Assembly: GCA_035254745.1 (NCBI GenBank)
Contig: DATFAJ010000051.1
Coordinates: forward strand, 1-31,130
DNA length: 31,130 nt
Source: Candidatus Methylomirabilota bacterium
Lineage (GTDB): Bacteria > Methylomirabilota > Methylomirabilia > Rokubacteriales > CSP1-6
Direction: 5' to 3'
A program made the position numbers and the translations under genes. Below are positions 22,890 through 31,130 of the stretch, in pieces; positions within the stretch are counted from its first letter, which is position 1; every line of letters begins with the position of its first letter. The notes under the pieces were generated by a model. It saw only the letters and a program-made list of their open reading frames with translations. It was not told where the DNA came from and made no database searches.

Positions 22890-23836
22890 GTGTACAGGAT
22901 CCGGCGGTCGATCAGGCGGTACACGAGATCGAGCGCCAGGTTGACGAGCACCGCGGCGGAGGTCAGCAGCAGGACCGCGCCCTGGATCATCGTGTAGTCC
23001 CGCTGGTAGATCGCGTTGACGACCACGCGCCCCATGCCCGGCAGCGCGAAGACCTCCTCGATGATGACCGCGCCGCCGATGAGGTAGACGAACTGGGTGC
23101 CGGCCATGGCCACCACCGGGATCAGGGCGTTGCGGAGCGCGTGCTTGTAGACGACCGCGCGGTCGGCCACGCCCTTGGCGCGCGCGGTGCGGACGAAGTC
23201 CTGGCCGAGCACCTCGAGCATGCTGCCGCGCGTGAAGCGCGCGATGATCGCCGAGATGGCGAGGCCGAGCGAGGCCGCCGCGGGCAGCATGGCTCCCACG
23301 CTCCGGGCCGGGCTCTCGGTGAACGGCACGTGGCCCAGGGTGGGCATCCACGGTGCGTAGCGCGCGCCTCCGATGATCACCACCGTGCCGATGAAGAACG
23401 CGGGCGCCGAGATGAAGAGCAGCGAGAACACGCGGGTGGACGCGTCGAGGACGCGCCCGGCCCGGGTGGCCGCGAGGACCCCGAGCGGGATGCCGACCGC
23501 GACCGCGATGGACATCGCCATCAGCGCGAGCTGGAGGGTCACCGGGTAGCTCCGGGCCAGCTCGTCGCGCACCGAGAAGCCGGTGACCAGGGAGTGGCCG
23601 AGGTCGCCCCGCAGCACGTCGCGGAGCCACAGGACGTACTGCACCGCGAGCGGCCGGTCCAGGTGGAGCGCGTGGATCAGGGCCTGCCGCGTCTGCTCGT
23701 TCTGGCTCGCGGTGATCCCGAGCAGGATGGTCACGAGGTCGCCCGGGATCAGGTGGATGAGCAGGAAGGTGAGCGCGGACACCCCGAGCAGCGTCGGGAT
23801 CAGCAGGAGCAGCCGCTTGGCGACGTAGGCGGTCAT
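22886..23836 (-). CDS. Dpp/Opp-type ABC transporter permease (DppB-like), 316 aa
   Basis: YVAKRLL, GDLGHS, DFVRTARAKGV, HALRNAL, IEEVFALPGMG, RDY.MIQG. Confidence 0.95.
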   Translation of the reverse strand: MTAYVAKRLLLLIPTLLGVSALTFLLIHLIPGDLVTILLGITASQNEQTRQALIHALHLDRPLAVQYVLWLRDVLRGDLGHSLVTGFSVRDELARSYPVTLQLALMAMSIAVAVGIPLGVLAATRAGRVLDASTRVFSLLFISAPAFFIGTVVIIGGARYAPWMPTLGHVPFTESPARSVGAMLPAAASLGLAISAIIARFTRGSMLEVLGQDFVRTARAKGVADRAVVYKHALRNALIPVVAMAGTQFVYLIGGAVIIEEVFALPGMGRVVVNAIYQRDYTMIQGAVLLLTSAAVLVNLALDLVYRLIDRRILYT

Positions 23837-23867
23837 CCGCTCCCCGGCGCCCGGACGCGCCCGCGCG

Positions 23868-25481
23868 TCAGCCGAGCCACGTCTGCTTGAAGAACTGCCG
23901 GCTGCGGCTGCCCGGCTGCGCGCCGGGAATGGAGACGTAGCCCTTGACCGTGTCGCGGAGCGCCTCGGTCGCGCCGGAGGCGTAGGGGAAGATCAGGTAC
24001 GCCTGGTCCGCCATGTGCTGCTGCAGCTCGCGGTAGATGGCGATCCGCCGGTCGCGGTCGAGGGTCGTACGGCCCTGCTCGAGGAGCTGGTCGACCTTGG
24101 CGTCCTTGAACTTGCCCAGGTTGATGGCCGACCCGCTGTGGAAGATGTCGTAGACGTGGGCGTCGGGGTCGGGCTGCCACACCAGCGGGATCATGCTCAT
24201 GCCGTCGTACTCGGTGCGGACGAAGTTCTTGATCGCCGCGCCCCACTCGACCTGCTTGAGGGTGACGCGGATGCCGGCTCCCGCGAGCTGCTCCTTCATG
24301 ACCTCGCCGGTGCGCACGGTCTGGGGGAAGCGGGGCGACACCTCGAGGGTGGTGTCGAGGCCGCCCGCGAAGCCGGCCTCGGCGAGGAGGCGCTTGGCCA
24401 GGGCCGCGTCGTGGACGTAGTACGGCAGGCCCTTCTCGTCGCCGCTGTAGCCGAAGGGCGCGTCGCACGGCGGGATCTTGGTGGTGATGGCCCCGTGGCC
24501 CCGCAGGACGCTCGCGATGATCTCGCCCCGGCTGATGCCCACGCTGACCGCCCGTCGGACGCGCACGTCGGTGAACGGCGCCTTCGTCTGGTTGAAGGCC
24601 ATGCCGTGCTGGGCGCAGTAGCCGTCCGGCTCGCGGAGCATGACGCCGGCCGCGCCCTGGAGCTGGCGGTCGATGAGCGGGTCGACGGACCAGAGGTAGT
24701 GGACGGTACCCGCGCGCAGGGCGGCGAGGCGCGCCGCCTCGTCCGGGATGATCCGGTACTCGAGCCCGTCGAGGTAGGGGAGCCCCGACTCGTAGTAGCT
24801 CGGGTTCCGCTTGAGCACGACGGTGTTGTCGGGGACGAACCGCTCCAGCACGAAGGGCCCGGTCCCGGAGGCGACCTTCTGGAGGTCCCCGTTCTTCTCC
24901 ACGATGTCGCGCGGCACGATGGCCCCGTAGTGGGGCGTGGCGAGGTACGAGAAGAAGGGGGCGAACGGCCGCTTGATGACGAAGCGCACGGTGGCCTTGT
25001 CGGGCGCCTCGACGCGGTCGATGATCGACCAGTTGGAGCGCCAGGGCGACGCGGTCTTCTCGTCGAGCATCCGCTCGAACGAGTACTTCACGTCGTCGGC
25101 CGCCAGCTCGCGCCCGTGGTGCCACACCACGCCCTTCCGGAGCTTGAACACGAACGTGGTGTCGCTGACCACCTGCCAGGACTCCGCGAGGTCGCCCACG
25201 ATGTTCATCTTCGGGTCGCGGCGCAGCAGGGTCGAGTACACGTGCTCCGCGATCATCCAGCTGTGGGCCGCCGCCGACTTCTGGGGGTCGAGGCCGGGCG
25301 GGCTCACGTCCGCCGCGACGACCAGCGTGCCGCCGCGCTTCGGAGCCTGGGCCGCGGCGGGCCGGACGGTAGGCGCCGCGAGCCCCAGCAGCGCGAGGGC
25401 TCCCGCCCCGAGGAAGGTGCGGCGGGTGTGGTCGAGCGGAAGCGGGATCGAATCGATCGGATCCTGGGTGCGGTCGGTCAT
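23868..25481 (-). CDS. Dpp/Opp-type (family 5) ABC substrate-binding protein with a Tat signal, 537 aa
   Basis: Twin-arginine TRRTFLG signal ending in AAA-Q, GGTL, GDLAESW, LRKGV.WHHG....DDVKYSF, GTGPF, LNQ/FNQ..PF.DVRVRRA. Confidence 0.95.
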   Translation of the reverse strand: MTDRTQDPIDSIPLPLDHTRRTFLGAGALALLGLAAPTVRPAAAQAPKRGGTLVVAADVSPPGLDPQKSAAAHSWMIAEHVYSTLLRRDPKMNIVGDLAESWQVVSDTTFVFKLRKGVVWHHGRELAADDVKYSFERMLDEKTASPWRSNWSIIDRVEAPDKATVRFVIKRPFAPFFSYLATPHYGAIVPRDIVEKNGDLQKVASGTGPFVLERFVPDNTVVLKRNPSYYESGLPYLDGLEYRIIPDEAARLAALRAGTVHYLWSVDPLIDRQLQGAAGVMLREPDGYCAQHGMAFNQTKAPFTDVRVRRAVSVGISRGEIIASVLRGHGAITTKIPPCDAPFGYSGDEKGLPYYVHDAALAKRLLAEAGFAGGLDTTLEVSPRFPQTVRTGEVMKEQLAGAGIRVTLKQVEWGAAIKNFVRTEYDGMSMIPLVWQPDPDAHVYDIFHSGSAINLGKFKDAKVDQLLEQGRTTLDRDRRIAIYRELQQHMADQAYLIFPYASGATEALRDTVKGYVSIPGAQPGSRSRQFFKQTWLG

Positions 25482-25524
25482 GCCGCCCTCCGGTCTCTCG
25501 GGTGTCGGTGAGCTGCCGAGCGCC

Positions 25525-25553
25525 ATACTCGCCCGCGAGGGCGGAGGCGTCAA
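25525..25553 (-). promoter_or_regulatory. Putative promoter for the dpp-like/nitrilase operon
   Basis: Minus strand TTGACG (25553-25548), 17 nt spacer, GAGTAT (25530-25525). Confidence 0.55.
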
Positions 25554-25556
25554 GGG

Positions 25557-25585
25557 TTGACTGCCCGGCGCGCCTCGGGAATAAT
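25557..25585 (+). promoter_or_regulatory. Putative promoter for the pot-like/SDR operon
   Basis: TTGACT (25557-25562), 17 nt spacer, AATAAT (25580-25585). Near consensus. Confidence 0.7.
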
Positions 25586-25619
25586 CGCGCCACCCCGTAC
25601 CCCGAGAGGACCCGTGATC

Positions 25620-26642
25620 ATGACCATGCTCCGAGCGACCGTGCTGATGTGCCTGCTCTCCGTCGGCCTCGCGTGGCCGGCCTTCGCCGACGAGCTGGTG
25701 GTGGCGACCTTCGGCGGGACCTTCGTCGACAACTCGAAGAAGTGCCACGCCGCCGCCTTCGAGAAGGCGACCGGGTCCACCGTGAAGTACGTGCTCGGCA
25801 GCTCGGTGCAGACCGCGGCCAAGCTGCGCGCGGCCGGGGCCCGGGCCGAGTTCGACGTCGCGTACATGGACAGCCAGATCGTCAAGCAGGCGAAGGCGGA
25901 AGGGCTGCTCCAGCCGCTCGAGCCCGCGAAGATCGAGCACTGGAACGACCTCTACGAGGCCTCGAAGGACAAGGACGCCTACTGGGTCTCGATGATGTTC
26001 GCCGGCACCATCATCACCTACAACACGAATCTGGTGAAGACCCCGCCCACCTCGTGGGCCGACCTCTGGAAGCCGGAATGGAAGGGCAAGCTCGCCATCC
26101 CGGACATCTCGGGCACCTCGGGCCAGCAGTTCCTGATGGCGGCGGCGCGCCTCAACGGCGGGTCGGTCGAGAACATCGAGCCCGGCTTCGAGGCGATCAA
26201 GAAGCTCAAGCCCAACATCCAGATGATGTACACGCAGCCGGACCAGATCATCCCGCTCTTCGAGCGCGGGGACATCTCGCTGGCGGTGTGGTACACGGAC
26301 CGGACCGGCGCGGCCGCGCTCAAGGGCGTGCCGGTGGCCGCGGCCTACCCGAGCGAGGGCGCGATCGGGATCGTGCCCACCGTCTCGGTGCCCAAGGGCA
26401 GCCCGAAGCGGGAGCTCGCGCAGAAGTACATCTCGGTGCTCCTCTCGCCCGAGGGCCAGCTCTGCTTCGGGCAGTCCCAGTTCGCCGGGCCCACCAACCG
26501 GAAGGTCCAGCTCCCGGCCGACCTGGCGAAGCTCGTGCCCTACGGCCCGCTCGTCCAGCGCATGTTCTTCCCCGACACGGATCTGGTGGCGAAGAAGTTC
26601 CCGGAGTGGTCGGAGCGCTGGGGGCGCGAGATCGCGCGTTGA
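25620..26642 (+). CDS. PotD/PotF-like ABC substrate-binding protein, about 340 aa
   Basis: Sec signal ending in AFA-DE, ATFGG, YNTNLVKTPPTSWADLWKPEWKGKL, YPSEGA, LLSPEGQ. Exact start (25614/25620/25626) is uncertain. Confidence 0.9.
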   Translation: MTMLRATVLMCLLSVGLAWPAFADELVVATFGGTFVDNSKKCHAAAFEKATGSTVKYVLGSSVQTAAKLRAAGARAEFDVAYMDSQIVKQAKAEGLLQPLEPAKIEHWNDLYEASKDKDAYWVSMMFAGTIITYNTNLVKTPPTSWADLWKPEWKGKLAIPDISGTSGQQFLMAAARLNGGSVENIEPGFEAIKKLKPNIQMMYTQPDQIIPLFERGDISLAVWYTDRTGAAALKGVPVAAAYPSEGAIGIVPTVSVPKGSPKRELAQKYISVLLSPEGQLCFGQSQFAGPTNRKVQLPADLAKLVPYGPLVQRMFFPDTDLVAKKFPEWSERWGREIAR

Positions 26643-26673
26643 CCCGGATCCCGCGCGGCGCGCGTCCCCGGCG

Positions 26674-27795
26674 GTGAGCGGCGCCGCGCCGGCGCTCAGC
26701 GTGCGCCGGCTCCGCAAGGCGTTCGGCGCCGTCCTCGCGGTCGACGAGGTGTCGCTCGACGCCGCGCCCGGCGAGTTCCTCTCCCTCCTGGGCCCCTCGG
26801 GCTGCGGCAAGAGCACGCTGCTCCGCATGGTGGCCGGGCTCGTGGAGCCCGACGGCGGGCAGGTGGTGCTGGCGGGCGAGGACATCACGCGGGTGGCGGT
26901 CCATCGGCGCAACCTCGGGCTCGTGTTCCAGTCGTACGCGCTCTTCCCGCACATGACCGTGCTCGACAACGTCGCCTTCGGCCTCCGGCGCCGCGGGGTG
27001 GGGGAGGCGGAGGTGGGCGCGCGCGTCGGGCGCATGCTGGAGCTGGTGCGCCTCGGCCCGCTCGGGGCCCGGTACCCGCGCGAGCTCTCCGGCGGGCAGC
27101 AGCAGCGCGTGGCCCTGGCGCGGGCGCTCGTGACCGAGCCCCGGGTGCTGCTCCTCGACGAGCCACTCTCGAACCTGGACGCGCTCCTGCGCGACGAGAT
27201 GCGCGTGGAGCTCAAGCGCCTGCAGGAGCGCCTCGGCACCACGATGATCTTCGTGACCCACGACCAGGCGGAGGCCCTCATCCTGTCCGACCGGGTGGTG
27301 GTCATGGAGCACGGGCGGGTGGAGCAGATCGGCCGGCCGGAGGAGGTCTATCGGCGGCCGGCCACGCCGTTCGTCGCCCGGTTCCTGGGGCGCGCGAACT
27401 TCCTGACCGGCACCGTCGCGGGGAGCGAGGCGGACCGCACCGTCGTCGCGCTCGATGGGGGCGCGCTCTCGATCGTGGCGGGCCCGCGCCCGGGTCTCGT
27501 CGCGGGGCAGGCGGTGCACGCGGTGATTCGCCAGGAGAGCATCCGCCTCGAGTCCCCGGGCGATGGCGCCGGCCCCGCCGGCCCCAACCGGTTCGCGGCG
27601 ACCGTCGTCTTCCACGCCTTCGCGGGGCAGGCGCACCACTACGTCGTCCAGCTCGGGGACGGACGCGAGCTGGCGGTGGCCGCTCCCGGCGCCGCCGCGC
27701 CGCTCGCGCGCGGGGCCCGGACGCTCGCCGGCTGGCGACCCGAGGACGTGACCCTGCTGCCCGGCGGCGAGCCGGGCCCGGGAGCCCCGCGGTGA
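26674..27795 (+). CDS. PotA/FbpC-like ABC ATP-binding subunit with TOBE domain, 373 aa
   Basis: GPSGCGKS, VFQSYALFPHM, LSGGQQQRVALARAL, LLLDEPLSNLD, FVTHDQ. Confidence 0.95.
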   Translation: MSGAAPALSVRRLRKAFGAVLAVDEVSLDAAPGEFLSLLGPSGCGKSTLLRMVAGLVEPDGGQVVLAGEDITRVAVHRRNLGLVFQSYALFPHMTVLDNVAFGLRRRGVGEAEVGARVGRMLELVRLGPLGARYPRELSGGQQQRVALARALVTEPRVLLLDEPLSNLDALLRDEMRVELKRLQERLGTTMIFVTHDQAEALILSDRVVVMEHGRVEQIGRPEEVYRRPATPFVARFLGRANFLTGTVAGSEADRTVVALDGGALSIVAGPRPGLVAGQAVHAVIRQESIRLESPGDGAGPAGPNRFAATVVFHAFAGQAHHYVVQLGDGRELAVAAPGAAAPLARGARTLAGWRPEDVTLLPGGEPGPGAPR

Positions 27796-28637
27796 GATCC
27801 CGGTCCGGCGGGTGGCTGCTGGCGCCCGCGCTCCTGCTCCTGCTGGTCGCCTTCGTGGTCCCGGTGGGGATGATGGTGCCGATGAGCTTCCGGCCGTACG
27901 TCCCGCTGGTGGGCATCACCGACGGCTTCACGGTGCGCTACTACACGAAGCTCCTGACCGACTCCTACTACCTCGAGATCATCGGCCGGACCCTCGCCCT
28001 CGGCTTCACGGTGACGCTCGCCACCCTGGTCATCGGCTACCCGGTGGCTCTCTTCCTGGCGCGCACCCCGTCGCGCTGGCGGAGCTGGCTGACCATCCTG
28101 GTCGTGTTCCCGCTCATGCTGAACCTGGTGGTGCGCACCTTCGGCTGGATCGCCCTGCTCGCCCAGAACGGGCTCGTGAACCAGGCCCTGCGCGCGCTCG
28201 GAGTCGTGGACGCGCCGGTGAAGCTGCTCTTCAACTTCGCCGGGCTCCTGATCGCGATGACCCACATCTTCCTGCCGTTCATGGTGCTGGTGCTGATCGG
28301 GGCCATCCAGAACATCCCGCGCGACGTCGAGGACGCCGCGCGCGTGCTGGGCGCCTCCTGGGCCGGCACGTTCTGCCGCGTCACGCTGCCGCTCTCGGCG
28401 CCCGGGATCCTCTCGGGCTCGATCCTGGTCTTCGTGCTCACGATCAGCGCGCTGGTGACCCCGCGCCTGCTCGGCGGGCCCACCTACCAGGTGATGGCCA
28501 CGCTCATCTACGACGAGTTCCTCCAGCGCCTGAACTGGCCGGCGGGCTCGGCGCAGGCGCTGCTGCTCACCCTGATGGTGCTGGCCCTGGTCTACCTCTC
28601 GGGGCGCCTGGCCCGGCGCACCGGAGCGCGCGCGTGA
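27792..28637 (+). CDS. PotB-like ABC permease, 281 aa
   Basis: GYPVA, NLVVRTFGW, FLPFMVL, EDAARVLGA, TPRLLGG. GTGA overlap with the ATPase. Confidence 0.93.
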   Translation: MRSRSGGWLLAPALLLLLVAFVVPVGMMVPMSFRPYVPLVGITDGFTVRYYTKLLTDSYYLEIIGRTLALGFTVTLATLVIGYPVALFLARTPSRWRSWLTILVVFPLMLNLVVRTFGWIALLAQNGLVNQALRALGVVDAPVKLLFNFAGLLIAMTHIFLPFMVLVLIGAIQNIPRDVEDAARVLGASWAGTFCRVTLPLSAPGILSGSILVFVLTISALVTPRLLGGPTYQVMATLIYDEFLQRLNWPAGSAQALLLTLMVLALVYLSGRLARRTGARA

Positions 28638-29425
28638 CCGCGGCCCGGGTGCGCGGGTGGCTCCTGCGGGCGTGGGTCGCCCTGGCCTTCGCCTTCCTGA
28701 TGCTCCCGGTGGTCGTGGTCGCGCTCGCGTCGCTGAGCCGCACGTCGTACCTGACCGTGCCGCCGCGCGGCCTGACCCTGCACTGGTTCACCCAGGTGCT
28801 CGGCGACGCCGAGTACGTGCAGGCCATCGGGTTCAGCGTGCTCCTCGCGCTGGTCGCCACCGCCGGCGCGGTCGGGGCCGGGGTGGCCGCGTCCTTCGCG
28901 CTGATCCGGCGGCGGGTGCCCGGCGGGGCCCTCGTCTCGGCGCTGCTGAACGCGCCGCTGGTCTTCCCCGCGGTGGTGGTGGGAGTGGCCCTGCTCCAGT
29001 TCTATGCGATGGTCCACCTGAACGGCTCGTTCGTCGGGCTGGCCCTGGCGCACATGGTGATCACCGCGCCCTACGTGGTGCGGGCGGTGACCGCGAGCCT
29101 GCAGGGGATCGACCCGGAGCTGGAGCACGCCGCGCGGGTGCTGGGGGCGAGCGGGCCGGTCGCGTTCTTCACCGTCACGCTGCCCCTGATCCGCCCCGGC
29201 GTGGCGGCGGGGGCGCTCTTCGCCTTCATCGTGTCGTTCGACAACGTGCCGGTGTCGATCTTCCTGCTGGGCGCGGGCCAGATGACGCTGCCGGTGAAGA
29301 TCTTCACCGCGATCGAGTACGGGGTGGACCCGTCCATCGCCGCCATCTCCACCATGCTGATCGTGCTCACCGGCGCCGGCCTCGCGGTGGCCGAGCGCTG
29401 GATCGGCTTCCACCGCTTCGTCTGA
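28634..29425 (+). CDS. PotC-like ABC permease, 263 aa
   Basis: GLTLHWF, PLVFPAVV, LEHAARVLGA, FIVSFDNV, TLPVKIF. GTGA overlap. Confidence 0.93.
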   Translation: MTAARVRGWLLRAWVALAFAFLMLPVVVVALASLSRTSYLTVPPRGLTLHWFTQVLGDAEYVQAIGFSVLLALVATAGAVGAGVAASFALIRRRVPGGALVSALLNAPLVFPAVVVGVALLQFYAMVHLNGSFVGLALAHMVITAPYVVRAVTASLQGIDPELEHAARVLGASGPVAFFTVTLPLIRPGVAAGALFAFIVSFDNVPVSIFLLGAGQMTLPVKIFTAIEYGVDPSIAAISTMLIVLTGAGLAVAERWIGFHRFV

Positions 29426-29446
29426 TCCGAGTCAGGAGGGATCGCG

Positions 29447-30217
29447 ATGCCCACTCTCGTCGAAGGACGGCTCGCCGGACGGATCGCGCTCGTGACCGGG
29501 GCCGCCAACGGCATCGGTCGCGCCAGCGCGCTGCGCCTGGCCCGGGAAGGCGCGGACCTCGCCCTGGTCGACCGCGAGGGCGACCCGCTGCACGCGGTGG
29601 CCCGCGAGGCGGAGGCGGCCGGCCGGCAGGTGCTGACGATCACGACGGACTGGACCGACACCCACGCGGTGCACCAGGCCTTCGGGACCATCCGGCAGCG
29701 GTTCGGGCGGATCGACATCCTGTTCAACAACGTGGGCCAGAGCGCCCGCGAGCGCGCGAGCGAGTTCTACCTCTCGGCCGAGGAGACGTGGCGCTTCGTC
29801 ATCGAGGTCTCGCTGCTCGCCACCATGCGGGCCACCCGGCTCGCGGTCGAGGAGATGCGGGCCCGCCGGAGCGGCCGCATCGTCAACATGTCGACCGAGT
29901 CCGCGTTCTACGGCGACACCGGGTTCGTGGACTACGCGGCGGCCAAGATGGGGGTGGTCGGCTTCACCCGCTCGCTCGCGCGCGAGCTGGCCCCGTTCCA
30001 CGTCAACGTCAACGCGGTGTGCCCGGGCGCGATCCGCACCCGCGCCCACGACCGGCTGCCGAAGGACGTGATCGACAAGGTGCGGAACAGCGTGCCGATG
30101 GGCTACGTGGCCGAGCCCGAGGACGTGGCCGGCGTGGTGGCGTTCCTGGCCAGCGACGACGCGCGCTACATCACCGGGCAGTCGATCCTGATCGACGGCG
30201 GCCGGTGGATGATCTGA
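29447..30217 (+). CDS. Classical short-chain dehydrogenase/reductase, 256 aa
   Basis: TGAANGIG, NNVG, IVNMST, YAAAK (YxxxK), VNAVCPG, YITGQ...DGG. Confidence 0.95.
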   Translation: MPTLVEGRLAGRIALVTGAANGIGRASALRLAREGADLALVDREGDPLHAVAREAEAAGRQVLTITTDWTDTHAVHQAFGTIRQRFGRIDILFNNVGQSARERASEFYLSAEETWRFVIEVSLLATMRATRLAVEEMRARRSGRIVNMSTESAFYGDTGFVDYAAAKMGVVGFTRSLARELAPFHVNVNAVCPGAIRTRAHDRLPKDVIDKVRNSVPMGYVAEPEDVAGVVAFLASDDARYITGQSILIDGGRWMI

Positions 30218-30240
30218 CGTCAACTCGGGGAGGAGCGACG

Positions 30241-31023
30241 ATGGCGGGACGGCTCGCGGGCAAGGTCGCGGTGATCACTGGCGGCGGCAGCGGCATCGGG
30301 TGCGCGTGCGCGCTCCGGTTCGCGCAGGAAGGGGCGAAGGTGTGCGTGGCGGACCGGGATCAGGCCGCGGCCAAGGACACCGCCCGGCGTGTGGAGGCGG
30401 AGGGCCAGCGGGCGCTGGCGCTCCGGATCGACACGACCGACGAGGCGGCCAACGATGCCATGGTGGCGGCCTGCGTGGAGGCGTTCGGGGCGGTGGACGT
30501 GCTGGTGGCCGCCGCGGGCGTGGCGAGCGTGCGCCCGGACGCGGCGTCCGCGAAGCCGTACAGCATGCTCGACATCCCGACCGCGTCGTTCCGTGCGGTG
30601 ATCGACGTGAACCTCTACGGCGTGCTGTTCTCGAACCGCGCGGTGGCACGCTGGATGGTCGCCAACCGGCGCGGCGGCAGCCTCGTCAACCTCGGCTCGA
30701 TCATGTCGAAGATGCCCTCGCCCGGCGGCGCCTACAGCGTGAGCAAGGCCGGGGTCTGGATGGCGACGAAGTGCCTGGCCCAGGAGCTGGCCCGCCACGG
30801 CATCCGGGTCAACGCGATCGGGCCCGGCTTCATCGAGACGCCCATGACCGCGCCGCTGCGCGGTGACGCGGAGCGGAGCCGCTGGGCCATGAGCCTCACG
30901 CCGATGGGGCGCTACGGCACCCCGGACGAGGTCGCGTCCACCGCGCTCTTCCTCGCCTCGGACGAGTCGGCCTTCTTCACCGGCGAGATCCTCCACCCCT
31001 CCGGCGGCGTCTTCGTCGGCTAG
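30241..31023 (+). CDS. Classical short-chain dehydrogenase/reductase, 260 aa
   Basis: TGGGSGIG, LVNLGS, YSVSK (YxxxK), VNAIGPG, TPMGRYG, FTGE...SGG. Confidence 0.95.
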   Translation: MAGRLAGKVAVITGGGSGIGCACALRFAQEGAKVCVADRDQAAAKDTARRVEAEGQRALALRIDTTDEAANDAMVAACVEAFGAVDVLVAAAGVASVRPDAASAKPYSMLDIPTASFRAVIDVNLYGVLFSNRAVARWMVANRRGGSLVNLGSIMSKMPSPGGAYSVSKAGVWMATKCLAQELARHGIRVNAIGPGFIETPMTAPLRGDAERSRWAMSLTPMGRYGTPDEVASTALFLASDESAFFTGEILHPSGGVFVG

Positions 31024-31025
31024 CC

Positions 31026-31103
31026 CCTCACCCTGCCCTCTCCCCACGGGGGAGAGGGTGACCTCGCTCCCCCTCTCCCCTCAGGGGAGAGGGCAGGGTG
31101 AGG
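31026..31103. repeat. Inverted doublet of 33-nt REP-like hairpin elements (REPIN/BIME-like)
   Basis: CCTCACCCTG-CCCTCTCCCC-ACG-GGGGAGAGGG (31026-31058) and its reverse complement with a different 3-nt loop (31071-31103), 12 nt apart. A partial third arm GGGGTGAGGGGGC follows at about 31105-31117. Confidence 0.88.
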
Positions 31104-31130
31104 AGGGGTGAGGGGGCCCGTCAGTGAAAC

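Noticed and set aside
26674-27795. This ATPase as the missing DppD/F for the dpp-like operon
   Set aside because: It is PotA/FbpC-type with a TOBE domain and is translationally coupled to its own permeases.
31024-31117. CRISPR array
   Set aside because: There are only two units, they are inverted rather than direct, there are no 30-40 nt spacers and no cas genes.
1-31130. Mobile element, prophage, horizontally acquired island, tRNA/rRNA or riboswitch
   Set aside because: I see no transposase, integrase or phage genes and no visible shift in GC or codon style. Intergenic gaps are short and are explained by promoters and RBSs. An Infernal/Rfam scan would be the decisive test for small RNAs.

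Overview
High-GC (roughly 70%+ by eye), gene-dense bacterial chromosomal segment with 33 supportable CDSs. I found no RNA genes, CRISPR arrays, transposases or transcription-factor genes. The enzyme and transporter mix (many ABC transporters, luciferase-like monooxygenases, Mo-hydroxylases, small Cys-containing secreted proteins) suggests a soil or subsurface heterotroph such as Ca. Rokubacteria (Methylomirabilota); this is inference only. Left to right: (1) end of a Liv-type ABC operon with an alpha/beta hydrolase and an LLM oxidoreductase; (2) a ChaP-like VOC gene divergent from a BphD-like hydrolase and an ICMT-family methyltransferase; (3) Rieske dioxygenase alpha/beta genes divergent from a single-domain VOC, an orphan Mo-hydroxylase large subunit and a PaaK-like CoA ligase; (4) a six-gene minus-strand operon with two paralogous ferritin-like proteins (one with intact diiron ligands, one degenerate), a CoxM/S/L-type Mo-hydroxylase and a Cys-repeat lipoprotein; (5) a hypothetical beta-rich protein and a rhodanese; (6) an MLE-type enolase-superfamily gene divergent from a second LLM and a small secreted protein; (7) a Dpp-type SBP and permeases without an ATPase, coupled to a nitrilase-family hydrolase; (8) a Pot-type ABC transporter and two SDRs; (9) an inverted REP doublet. 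The best candidate for an undescribed system is block 4: a putative catalytic/structural diiron oxygenase heterodimer encoded in one operon with a molybdenum hydroxylase that could be its electron source. Many starts in the supplied ORF track are spurious upstream extensions; corrected starts are given. All family assignments come from motif recognition by eye, not database searches.
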